A DNA stretch of 64,000 bases from Phycisphaerales bacterium (GTDB lineage: Bacteria > Planctomycetota > Phycisphaerae > Phycisphaerales > SM1A02). Shown here one piece after another: positions 45,453 to 53,908 of this stretch (positions are counted from its first letter, which is position 1; each line of letters begins with the position of its first letter). The position numbers and the translations under genes are program-made. The stretch spans positions 900 through 64,899 of the forward strand of contig JAKEEP010000056.1 of assembly GCA_022616475.1 (NCBI GenBank), given 5' to 3'. The notes beneath the pieces were generated by a model. It had not been told where the DNA came from, searched no databases, and saw only the letters and a list, made by a program, of their open reading frames with translations.

Positions 45453-47810
45453 ATGGCCACCTACACGCAAGAAAACCGACGCCTGGCAATCGAGACCCCG
45501 CTGGGCAAAGACGCACTGCTCCTGAGCGGTTTCTCCGGTACCGAGGAGATTTCGCGGCTGTTCAGTTTCAACCTCGAAATGCTCTCAGAGCGCGGTTCCA
45601 TTCCCGCCAAGGACATTGTCGGGAAGAATGTTACCTTTGCGCTCGAGCTGATGGACGAAGACCACACGCAGCGCTTCTTCAACGGCTACGTTCGTCGCTT
45701 CACCTATCGAGGCAAGGACGACCGGCTGCATCGCTACACCGCCGAGGTCGTTCCCTGGCTGTGGTTCCTCACCCGAACCACCGACTGCCGCATTTTTCCG
45801 CCCAATAAGACCGCGCCGCAGATCATCGAGCAGGTGTTCACCGACCTGGGCTTCACCGAATTTGAAACCACGGAGATCAAGGGGAAGCATCCCGAGCGCG
45901 AATACTGCGTTCAGTATCGCGAATCGGATTTCGACTTCGTTTCGCGCTTGATGGAGGAAGAGGGCATCTTCTACTACTTCCGGCACGAGAACGGCAAACA
46001 CGTGCTGGTGCTGGCCGACGGGAAGGCCGCGTACAAGGATTGCCCCGAAAGCCAGGTTGAATTCAAGTCCACGCTGAGCGCGCCTGAATGGGGAGATCTG
46101 ATCACGGGCTGGGAACATCAATACGAGTTTCGATCGGGCAAATTTGCGCAGACGGACTACAACTTTGAGGCGCCAACTGCTCCGATGCTCTCGAGCTCCC
46201 CGACCGTTCTGAAGCTGGACAATGTCAGTGCCTACGAGCTCTTTGACTATCCAGGCAAGCACGTCGTCAAGGACGACGGCGACACACTGGCGAAAATCCG
46301 CATGGAGCAGGAGGAGATTCCGCACGATGTCGTGCGCGGCGCCAGCAAATGCCGCAGCTTTTTCACCGGCGGGCGCTTCACCATGGCGGCGCATCACGAC
46401 CCGGCCGAAGAAGGCAAGAGCTACGTCATCACATCAGTTCACCACTCTGCGGCGGTGGAGGGCTTTGAGACTGGAAGCGAAGACTCAAACATCGAGTACA
46501 GCAACACGTTCACGTGTATTCCCGATTCACTGACCTTTCGCCCCGCGCGCCTGACGCCCAAGCCACTTGTGCACGGCAGCCAGACCGCCATCGTCGTTGG
46601 GCCCAGCGGCGAGGAGATTTACACGGACAAGTTTGGACGCGTCAAAGTCCATTTCCACTGGGATCGATACAACAAGCCCGATGAGAACAGCTCATGCTGG
46701 GTTCGTGTTTCCCAGACCTGGGCGGGGAAGCAGTGGGGCGCGATGTTCATCCCGCGAATTGGTCAGGAGGTGATCGTCGATTTCCTCGAAGGCGATCCTG
46801 ACCGCCCCATCATCACCGGCCGAGTCTATCACGCCGAGTCCATGCCGCCCTACGAGTTGCCCACCAACATGACGATGTCCACGATCAAGACGTCGTCGAG
46901 CAAGGGCGGCGAGGGATTCAACGAGATCCGCTTCGAGGACAAGAAGGGCGACGAGCAGATCTTCATTCACGGCGAGAAAAACCAGGACATCCGAATCAAG
47001 AACGATTGCTTCGAGTGGATCGGCAACAATCGCCATCTCTTCGTCGTCAAGGACCAGTACGAAAAGGTTGACAACAACCGACACGAGATGGTCACCAACG
47101 ATCACATGGAAGAGATCGGCAAGGATCGCCACCTGAAAGTTGTCGGCAAGGAAGCCAAGGAAGTGGGGGAGAGCCAGTCTCTCACGGTCAAGGGCGATGT
47201 GATCGAGGTCTTCAAAGGCAAGCAATCGACCGACGTGACCGGCGACCTCTATATCAAGGGGATGAACGTCGTCATTGAAGCGACGGCGAACCTCACCCTC
47301 AAGGTCGGTGGTAACAGCGTGGTGCTCAGCCCCGCAAGCGTCGTTGCCACGTCCAGCGCCATGCTTGGAATGAACGGCAGCATCGTCTTGATCAACTCCG
47401 GCGGCAGCGGCGCGGCCGGTTCGGGCCAGGCTGGCAGTGCCGTCGCGCCAGCCGCTCCGACCGAGCCCGAGGAAGCCGATGTCGCCGACCCGGGACAGGT
47501 CGCCGAGGCAAAGGCCGAGCAAATCGAGCAGGAAAAGGGCAAGTACGGCGCCGTGCCAGTCACGCCGCACAAGCCTCCGAAGACTGCCGAGGAAAAGGCC
47601 AAGAAGACAAGCTGGGTCGAGATCAAGCTCGTGGACGTTGAGGGCGAGCCGGTTCCGGGTGAAGCTTTCAACATCACTCTTCCGGATGGCTCGGTCTCGA
47701 GCGGGACGCTGGATGAAAAGGGTTTTGCGCGGGTTGAGGGATTTGACCCCGGATCATGCAAGGTGACTTTTCCCAACCTTGATAAGAGTGTATGGAACGC
47801 CAAGGCGTAG
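45453..47810 (+). CDS. vgrG: T6SS spike protein VgrG (TssI) with a C-terminal extension
   Basis: The N-terminus reads YTQENRRLAIETPLGKDALLLSGFSGTEEISRLFSFNLEMLS. The gp27/gp5-like core includes RVSQTWAGKQWGAMFIPRIGQEVIVDFLEGDPDRPIITGRVY, followed by beta-helix repeats. The tail has an Ala/Pro/Glu-rich linker and a ~65-aa beta-rich domain. Confidence 0.95.
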   Translation: MATYTQENRRLAIETPLGKDALLLSGFSGTEEISRLFSFNLEMLSERGSIPAKDIVGKNVTFALELMDEDHTQRFFNGYVRRFTYRGKDDRLHRYTAEVVPWLWFLTRTTDCRIFPPNKTAPQIIEQVFTDLGFTEFETTEIKGKHPEREYCVQYRESDFDFVSRLMEEEGIFYYFRHENGKHVLVLADGKAAYKDCPESQVEFKSTLSAPEWGDLITGWEHQYEFRSGKFAQTDYNFEAPTAPMLSSSPTVLKLDNVSAYELFDYPGKHVVKDDGDTLAKIRMEQEEIPHDVVRGASKCRSFFTGGRFTMAAHHDPAEEGKSYVITSVHHSAAVEGFETGSEDSNIEYSNTFTCIPDSLTFRPARLTPKPLVHGSQTAIVVGPSGEEIYTDKFGRVKVHFHWDRYNKPDENSSCWVRVSQTWAGKQWGAMFIPRIGQEVIVDFLEGDPDRPIITGRVYHAESMPPYELPTNMTMSTIKTSSSKGGEGFNEIRFEDKKGDEQIFIHGEKNQDIRIKNDCFEWIGNNRHLFVVKDQYEKVDNNRHEMVTNDHMEEIGKDRHLKVVGKEAKEVGESQSLTVKGDVIEVFKGKQSTDVTGDLYIKGMNVVIEATANLTLKVGGNSVVLSPASVVATSSAMLGMNGSIVLINSGGSGAAGSGQAGSAVAPAAPTEPEEADVADPGQVAEAKAEQIEQEKGKYGAVPVTPHKPPKTAEEKAKKTSWVEIKLVDVEGEPVPGEAFNITLPDGSVSSGTLDEKGFARVEGFDPGSCKVTFPNLDKSVWNAKA

Positions 47811-47847
47811 AGGGCGGGCCTCGAGGTCTCACGAGAGAATTTCGCAC

Positions 47848-49716
47848 ATGCCTTCCACAATCACAGCCAAAATCGGAGACACCCTTTGCGGATTGGCGAT
47901 GGAAGCGGGGTTCCTCGACTGCAAGCCCATTCGCGACCTCGCCGAGAACCAGGGCAAGGAATTCCTCACACGACCTCTGGCTCCCGGCGACGAGGTCGTG
48001 ATCCCAGATCTTGTGATGGCGGTCCTGGACAAAGCCGCCGAAGTGCTTCACGAATTCGTCAAAAAATCAGCTCCACCGGTCTTTATCCGGTTTGTCCATG
48101 GGTCACGGACCAAGCCGTACCGGCTTGATGACACGTTGACATTCCTTAATGTCAGCAACTTCGTCACCGACCGAGCGGGGAGGACGGAAACAGCCGCGTG
48201 GGTTGGGGACGGCCATCGTGCCTTCGATGCGAATGCCGATGCTGATGTCGATTCGTTCAAGGTGGAGGTTGTGGATCCTCGAACGAGTTCGGCGGATTTG
48301 CCGGTTGAGTTGGATGTGCTTCAGCCGACGTTTGGCCCGACGGGAGACATCACCGGGCACACGGAATTCCCCGGTGATCGAGCGACTGCGGGAACGCAGC
48401 GCAACCGTCGTAGCCTGGACGCGACTGCATCCAAACAAAAGAGCACTCGATGTTTTCGCACGTGTTACCTGCGACTGGTTGTTGATGATGAAGACAAAGC
48501 AGCGCGCCCGACGCAAACACTCTTGGTGAGCGACGATGTGCGAGCCGGCGGCGATGATCGCATCGAAATACTCGATCAACAAGTGCGAGCAACATATATC
48601 CTCACCGACTGCCCCGCCTCGGCCGCCAGCCGATGCCGAGTGACTGCGACAGTCCCGGTTGGAGATGACGCCGAGCAGCGGCGGCTCCGAATCGCCCTCC
48701 ATGTCCTGCGCTCAGCACCGGGCGGGGCGCCCGTGGTGCCGATGGCGGACGTCCGAAGTCGCGTTCGTAAATGGGTTCGGCGATACTACGCGCAGGCGAA
48801 CGTCGCGCCATCGATCATTACCGAGGCTGAAGTGGATCCGCCCGATGACATGCTGGTTGTCTCTGAACGCCAGGGCAATTTGGCAGCCGGCGACGAAAGC
48901 ATGAGCTTTCGCCTGCGCGCCACGCGCGCCGACGGAACGGTGATTGCGGCTGAGATCCGGAACCCGATCACACCCGGTGGAGCTTCAGCCGCAGACCCAC
49001 CCTACCGACCGGCCGCCGGCGATAGGCCAACCGATACCGCCGATGCACTGGCCGATCGAATACGCGCCGCCGGGTTCACCGCAACCGTGACCAGAAATGT
49101 GCAGTTGGTGCCAAACATCGGACGGCCTGCCGATATCGTCATTCATGATCCCGGTGGCGGAGGTGTCGCCATTGAGGCCCTTGTCTCGACGGGCACGCGA
49201 CAATTGCTCAGCAGCGTGTCTGTCAATCCGGCGGCGATTGTCCAAACCGACGGCCTCGATTTCAACACAGGTTCATCTGATCATCGCTGTCTGATGCGCA
49301 ACTTTGATACAGGCGACGATCGACTCGACATGTTCATCATTGGCAACCACGCAGGTGGCCGGACCGGTCAGGGCATCATGCCGCTCACGTACGTGCCTGC
49401 GGCGAAACGTCCTGAAACTGTATTGCGCCGCAATTGTTTCTGCATCGCGGCCGCCGCTGATGCCACCGACACATTTCCCATGTTGGCGGCCCACGAGGGA
49501 GGTCATGCCGTCATGGATGTGGATCATACGGCCGACGGCACGCAATTGATGATGGGACGCGCTGGTCCTGAGCCAGTCACCAATACAACCGGCGGACCCA
49601 AACGTCTGGCCGACAGACCGATCGTCCATGATGGGGCAGGCATGGTCGCGGACATCCACGTGAATCTGGTGCAGCGGTTGCGCACGCACTCCGGCGGCGC
49701 CGTCGTGCCATGGTGA
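47848..49716 (+). CDS. Putative T6SS effector: N-terminal LysM-like domain, C-terminal HExxH zinc-metallopeptidase-like motif
   Basis: Located immediately downstream of vgrG. The LysM-like segment is TITAKIGDTLCGLAMEAGF...LAPGDEVVIPD. Near the C-terminus is FPMLAAHEGGHAVMDVDH (HExxH plus a downstream Asp/His). No signal peptide. Confidence 0.65.
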   Translation: MPSTITAKIGDTLCGLAMEAGFLDCKPIRDLAENQGKEFLTRPLAPGDEVVIPDLVMAVLDKAAEVLHEFVKKSAPPVFIRFVHGSRTKPYRLDDTLTFLNVSNFVTDRAGRTETAAWVGDGHRAFDANADADVDSFKVEVVDPRTSSADLPVELDVLQPTFGPTGDITGHTEFPGDRATAGTQRNRRSLDATASKQKSTRCFRTCYLRLVVDDEDKAARPTQTLLVSDDVRAGGDDRIEILDQQVRATYILTDCPASAASRCRVTATVPVGDDAEQRRLRIALHVLRSAPGGAPVVPMADVRSRVRKWVRRYYAQANVAPSIITEAEVDPPDDMLVVSERQGNLAAGDESMSFRLRATRADGTVIAAEIRNPITPGGASAADPPYRPAAGDRPTDTADALADRIRAAGFTATVTRNVQLVPNIGRPADIVIHDPGGGGVAIEALVSTGTRQLLSSVSVNPAAIVQTDGLDFNTGSSDHRCLMRNFDTGDDRLDMFIIGNHAGGRTGQGIMPLTYVPAAKRPETVLRRNCFCIAAAADATDTFPMLAAHEGGHAVMDVDHTADGTQLMMGRAGPEPVTNTTGGPKRLADRPIVHDGAGMVADIHVNLVQRLRTHSGGAVVPW

Positions 49717-50825
49717 GCATGCCTATGCGCAGAAAGAGGCGATTACGTCCGCTCGTCCAAATGTCGATGATTCTGATCGGAGGGCTCTTCATGGTCACCC
49801 GCGCACACTCCCGCCCATTCGCAATGCAAACCCCCGCCGAGCGCCTTGAGAACTATTTGACCAACGCAGACATGGCGACGATTTGGTACCCGCCGCAGAA
49901 TCTTGAGCCTGCGGACTTGGTTCGAATCCTCAGCCTCCGAGTTCGCGAATCGGCCCCGGACGAACTGCTGAAACGGATGCAGCACATTGTGCAGTTTTAC
50001 GACTTGTACGAGGCTGCCGAGTATCTCAAGAGTTTTCTGAAACGACGCGAGGTGAACCAAGTGGATTGGAACAGGTCGGCGCTCTGCACGGCGACTCTGG
50101 CAAGAGTTGGCCGCGGGCCGGACCGGGATTTCGCGCGAGATTACTACCGCTACATGCTCCAAAACAGCAATTCATACGACCGTCTCAATCCACTGCTGGA
50201 GCCACTGGAGGCCCTAGGGCCCGATGAGCCCGTCGACGGCCTGCGCGATGCGGCCAAACGACGGTTGGCCGCGCTCACGCCTGAGCGGGACAAAGTTTGG
50301 GCCAGTGGACAGGAAGCACGAAAACTGGAAAGCTTGATACAGAACGATGTCAAAAGAATTCAAGATTTCAACGTGCTAAAGGGGCGAGCCACAGGGCTCC
50401 CTGATCGTGCCGCTCGCGTGCAAACCTACGCCAAGATCTATGTCGGTCTGGACGCGCCCGGAGGCGGAACCACGCCTTACTTGTGCGACTGGGCAGAGTT
50501 GATGTTGCGGCGCGAGGCTCACTGGCCGACGCGTCGGCCCGACAGCAAGGCGAAGCTCCCGGTTCCACCCGTTGAGGAGCAGCTTCAATCGCGCAAACTC
50601 GCCGCCGACACCTTGGTGGCGGTTCTTCCCGAAGTCGACAGGTCCGGCATCGATGATGAGTGGAAAACGTTTCACCGAATTCGATGTCTCAACGCAATTG
50701 TGTTCTTCGGAGGCTCTCTTACAGACCAGCAGAACAGCGAGCTGCGGTCGGACGCAGCTCAAGAGCAGATTCATCCCCTGAAGCCAGACGGTCGGCCTGC
50801 TCGAACGATCGAAGACCTTGAATGA
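49710..50825 (+). CDS. Secreted/periplasmic hypothetical protein; candidate immunity protein for the upstream effector
   Basis: The start codon overlaps the effector stop (ATGGTGA). The signal peptide is MRRKRRLRPLVQMSMILIGGLFMVTRAHS. The mature part is helical and has no recognisable motif. Confidence 0.6.
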   Translation: MVSMPMRRKRRLRPLVQMSMILIGGLFMVTRAHSRPFAMQTPAERLENYLTNADMATIWYPPQNLEPADLVRILSLRVRESAPDELLKRMQHIVQFYDLYEAAEYLKSFLKRREVNQVDWNRSALCTATLARVGRGPDRDFARDYYRYMLQNSNSYDRLNPLLEPLEALGPDEPVDGLRDAAKRRLAALTPERDKVWASGQEARKLESLIQNDVKRIQDFNVLKGRATGLPDRAARVQTYAKIYVGLDAPGGGTTPYLCDWAELMLRREAHWPTRRPDSKAKLPVPPVEEQLQSRKLAADTLVAVLPEVDRSGIDDEWKTFHRIRCLNAIVFFGGSLTDQQNSELRSDAAQEQIHPLKPDGRPARTIEDLE

Positions 50826-50854
50826 GATAGGGAAGATCTCAGATTGGAATTGCC

Positions 50855-51154
50855 ATGCTCCCCGCCGCACGAGTTTCTGATATGCACGTCTGCCCGATGG
50901 TCACACCTGGCACGCCGCCAGTGCCGCATGTGGGCGGGCCGATCCTGCCGCCGGGATGTCCGACCGTGATGATCGGGGGAGTGCCCGCCGCGCGCGTCGG
51001 AGACATGTGCGTTTGCGTCGGGCCGCCCGATTCGATCGTCATGGGCTCTACCACAGTTTTGATCGGCAACATGCCTGCGGCGCGCGTCGGTGACCCAACC
51101 GCGCACGGCGGAGTCATTGCCGGACCGGGGTGTCCAACGGTCTTGATTGGATGA
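50855..51154 (+). CDS. PAAR-domain spike-tip protein
   Basis: Three PAAR motifs are present (LPAARVSD, VPAARVGD, MPAARVGD) with conserved Cys/His/Gly spacing. Size is 99 aa. Confidence 0.9.
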   Translation: MLPAARVSDMHVCPMVTPGTPPVPHVGGPILPPGCPTVMIGGVPAARVGDMCVCVGPPDSIVMGSTTVLIGNMPAARVGDPTAHGGVIAGPGCPTVLIG

Positions 51155-51215
51155 AGTTGCGTGGTTGCGGGCTGTGCCGCACCGCGCCAGCAGTTCTCTT
51201 TTCAGGAGTCTACCA

Positions 51216-51416
51216 ATGCTCACCGACTCCAACGCCCAGTGCAGTCCCGAATACGGATTCGCCGAATCGCACTGGGACATCATTCGAGAGTACGCCCGAA
51301 ACGCCAAATTGGTCATCATCTTTCGAGCAGGCAAAGCCGCGTCGATCCGCTGGATTGACAAGGGCTATCCCGCCAAGCCCATGACGCTTGGTGGCGACAA
51401 TCTGAAGGCAAGTTGA
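51216..51416 (+). pseudogene. Short ORF (66 aa) resembling the N-terminal nucleotide-binding segment of an EF/CyaA/ExoY-type nucleotidyl cyclase toxin; probably a truncated effector remnant
   Basis: AGGAG lies 7 nt upstream of the ATG. The segment IIFRAGKAASIRWIDKGYPAKPMTLGG fits, from memory, the pattern F-R-x-V-N-x-x-[AS]-x-x-L-I-x-x-G-[YF]-P-T-K of that toxin family. The frame stops right after it. No other frame continues the similarity. Confidence 0.35.
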
Positions 51417-51547
51417 AGTCCATCGATGCCAGTATGCAGCCGACACACACCGGATCCTCGAGCGGTATCGGCCGGCACGATTCCGCGGTGTGTTCGGTCA
51501 AAGCGCCATTGAAGCGTGAGCAGCGTGCGATTGGCGCGGCATCGCTG

Positions 51548-51581
51548 TGTTTCGCGGGCAACGAGGGCCCAAGGCGCCGCT
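51548..51581 (+). repeat. Left copy of a ~34-nt imperfect direct repeat flanking the sulfatase gene
   Basis: The sequence TGTTTCGCGGGCAACGAGGGCCcAAGGcGcCG shares an identical 22-nt core with the copy at 53612-53645. There are 3 mismatches over 34 nt. Confidence 0.85.
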
Positions 51582-51593
51582 CGTCGTTCTCCT

Positions 51594-53336
51594 CTACCTC
51601 TGGTTGGGAGGCGGAAGCCCGTCCTCAAAGACGTGGTTGACAATATCCCTAAGATTGCCCGTCGTTTCCTTCAGTGGCGGGTTGCTGTACTTCGTCGCTT
51701 CAGCCATCCAGAGCGTCTTCAGTTCCGCGAGCTTCTCGGGGTGTCGCGCCGCCAGGTCGGTCGATTCGGAGAAGTCGGTGTCGGTGTTGAAGAGCAGCCA
51801 CTGGTCCTTCTCGAAGTCCGTTCCCGGCACGTGCATCGCGACGGCCTTCCACGGCCCGGACGTAATGGCGCGGTTGCAGTACAATTCAAAGTACTGAACG
51901 TCGCGGGCGCTTTTCGCATCGGCCGCGGTGAAGGACGGGCGGATGGAGCGACCCGCGACCGGGATCTGTTCGTGACCGTCGATCACCGAGCGGAATTGCA
52001 CGCCAGCGGCGTCCAGCAGGGTGGGCGCGAGGTCGATGACCTCGACGAACTGCCTGCGGATCGCCCCGCCGTCCTTGATCTCTCGCGGCCAGGAGACGAT
52101 CAGAGGCGCGCGAGTCCCGCCGGCGAACGGCCACAGCTTATACCGCCGGAACGGTGTCGCGCCCACCATCGCCCACGGGCGCTGGTAGAGCGGCTCGGTC
52201 TTGTCCGAGCCAAGCAGGTCGAGATTCTTCTCCATCTCGGCGAGGGGCGTCGTGTCGCGGTAGGCCCGGAAGAAACCGCCCGTCTGGCCGGCCTCTGAGG
52301 CCGGGCCGTTGTCGGACAGCACGACCAGCAGGGCGTTTTCGAACTGGCCGGTGGCCTTCAGGTGCGCCACGAGCCGTCCGATCTGCTCGTCCGTGTGCTC
52401 GACAAATCCGGCGTAGTTCGCCATGAACGCCGCGAAGACCTTCTTCTCCTGTGCGGTGAGGTCGTTCCAACTTCGGTCCCCCACGTTCCGTTCCGGCAGC
52501 ACCGTATCCTTGGGAATAATGCCGAGTTCCTTCTGCCGGGCGAACCGCTCGCGCCGGATTTCATCCCAGCCCTTGTCGTACACCCCTGCATATCGGTCGC
52601 GAAAAGCGGCCGGGACGTGGTGCGGGGCGTGCGCCGCACGGTATGCCAGGTACAGAAACGTGGGCCGGTCCGCCCCCGGGAGCGCCGCGATGGCGCGATC
52701 TGTCAGATCGATCGAGAGGTGGTAATCCTTCCGGTCCGGCTTGGCGATCTTCTCGTTCCCCTCGATAAGATCCGGGTGGTACTGACTTTGGGCGCCGACG
52801 GCGAACCCGAACCCGTAGAACTCGTCGAACCCGCGCTGCAGCGGCCACGATGCCCGCTTACCCTCGGTTCCGTCCTCGTACGTCGGAGCGAGGTGCCACT
52901 TACCGAGCGCGACCGTCCGGTAGCCCGCGTACCGCAGCGCCAGCGACAGCATCTCGGCGTTCTGGGGAATCTCCGCTCGCCAACTGGTCTTGTCGGTAAG
53001 GTCGCCGTCGCGCGGCAGGCCAGCCATGTTCACCGTGTGGCCGTTGCGACCGGTCAGGAGCGCGGCCCGCGTGGGCGAGCAAATCGCTCGCGTGTCGAAG
53101 CGGTTGTACCGGAGGCCCCCCTTGGCGAGGGCGTCAATGTTCGGCGTGCGGATCTCCGAACCGTAGCAGCCGAGGTCCGCAAAGCCGACGTCGTCGAGCA
53201 CGATCAGCACGATGTTGGGTCGTGGGGCGCGAGGCTCTGCGGGTTTCGTCGGCTCTTGCGCCGCGGCACGGTCTCCGTTGAGCGCGAACGCGACCATTGC
53301 CAGCATCGCGATTCCGCTACGGAGCGTATATGACAT
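51594..53336 (-). CDS. Arylsulfatase (formylglycine-dependent sulfatase family), secreted
   Basis: Contains PNIVLIVLDDVGFADLGCYGS and the CSPTRAALLTGRN sulfatase signature (C-x-P-x-R). The signal peptide is MSYTLRSGIAMLAMVAFALNGDRAAA when ATG 53336 is used. The ORF extends to 53456. Confidence 0.9.
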   Translation of the reverse strand: MSYTLRSGIAMLAMVAFALNGDRAAAQEPTKPAEPRAPRPNIVLIVLDDVGFADLGCYGSEIRTPNIDALAKGGLRYNRFDTRAICSPTRAALLTGRNGHTVNMAGLPRDGDLTDKTSWRAEIPQNAEMLSLALRYAGYRTVALGKWHLAPTYEDGTEGKRASWPLQRGFDEFYGFGFAVGAQSQYHPDLIEGNEKIAKPDRKDYHLSIDLTDRAIAALPGADRPTFLYLAYRAAHAPHHVPAAFRDRYAGVYDKGWDEIRRERFARQKELGIIPKDTVLPERNVGDRSWNDLTAQEKKVFAAFMANYAGFVEHTDEQIGRLVAHLKATGQFENALLVVLSDNGPASEAGQTGGFFRAYRDTTPLAEMEKNLDLLGSDKTEPLYQRPWAMVGATPFRRYKLWPFAGGTRAPLIVSWPREIKDGGAIRRQFVEVIDLAPTLLDAAGVQFRSVIDGHEQIPVAGRSIRPSFTAADAKSARDVQYFELYCNRAITSGPWKAVAMHVPGTDFEKDQWLLFNTDTDFSESTDLAARHPEKLAELKTLWMAEATKYSNPPLKETTGNLRDIVNHVFEDGLPPPNQR

Positions 53337-53611
53337 GAGTCGGCCTCGCTCGTGTCCCACACGGTGGATCATACCGCCGCCGCGGTCAGCTCCTGCGGCT
53401 GATTCGTCGGCAGGTTGGTCCGCGGCAGATGGGGCACTCTTCTTCGAGCACCGCAAGTTGCATCGGGCCCGCCGTAGTGAGTAACGATAATGCGCGTGTG
53501 TTTCACGGACCGCTTCCTCGCTTGCCGGGCGCTAGATGTGGCGTCGAACTGTTGATACAGCAGCGGCACGAACTCACGTCTGACATCCGCGTCTCGGATG
53601 AACCTTCGCCA

Positions 53612-53645
53612 TGTTTCGCGGGCAACGAGGGCCGAAGGTGTCGAT
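53612..53645 (+). repeat. Right copy of the ~34-nt direct repeat flanking the sulfatase gene
   Basis: The sequence TGTTTCGCGGGCAACGAGGGCCgAAGGtGtCG lies between the sulfatase start and tRNA-Gly. Confidence 0.85.
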
Positions 53646-53699
53646 GCGATGGCCGACAATCGGCGCCATCTGACGCCACCGGGACAGAAAGGCATCAAG

Positions 53700-53771
53700 A
53701 GCGGGTGAACGGATTTGAACCGTCGACTTTCACGTTGGCAACGTGACGCTCTACCACTGAGCTACACCCGC
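53700..53771 (-). tRNA. tRNA-Gly (anticodon GCC)
   Basis: The reverse complement folds by hand into a cloverleaf. Acceptor GCGGGTG/CACCCGC, D arm GCTC-AGTGGTA-GAGC, anticodon arm TCACG-TTGCCAA-CGTGA, variable loop AAGTC, T arm GACGG-TTCAAAT-CCGTT, discriminator T. CCA is not encoded. Confidence 0.95.
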
Positions 53772-53908
53772 GAAGTTGTGTAGCATAGCACGCCGTGAAA
53801 CCAGGGCAAGCAAGAGCGGCGGTGCGACCGACCGCCCGTGCGCGACCGGTCCGGGTGAAGGCTCGGGTCGGCCAAAGCGCGATCAAGCGCCGCGGTGAGA
53901 CTCGTCGC

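Noticed and set aside
51413-51640. A 75-aa ORF (TTG start) that might continue the cyclase-like fragment after a frameshift.
   Set aside because: Its translation (KSIDASMQPTHTGSSSGIGRH...) shows none of the K-G-K-S-S-x-W-G sequence expected next in cyclase toxins. It runs into the direct repeat and the sulfatase 3' end, so no frameshift rescue is supported.
53369-53698. A 109-aa minus-strand ORF between the sulfatase gene and tRNA-Gly that contains the right repeat copy. The repeat translates to ALVARET in both copies, hinting at a gene fragment.
   Set aside because: It overlaps the 5' extension of the sulfatase ORF and has no recognisable motif or RBS. The shared peptide is only 7 residues. 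It is recorded as a nucleotide repeat only.
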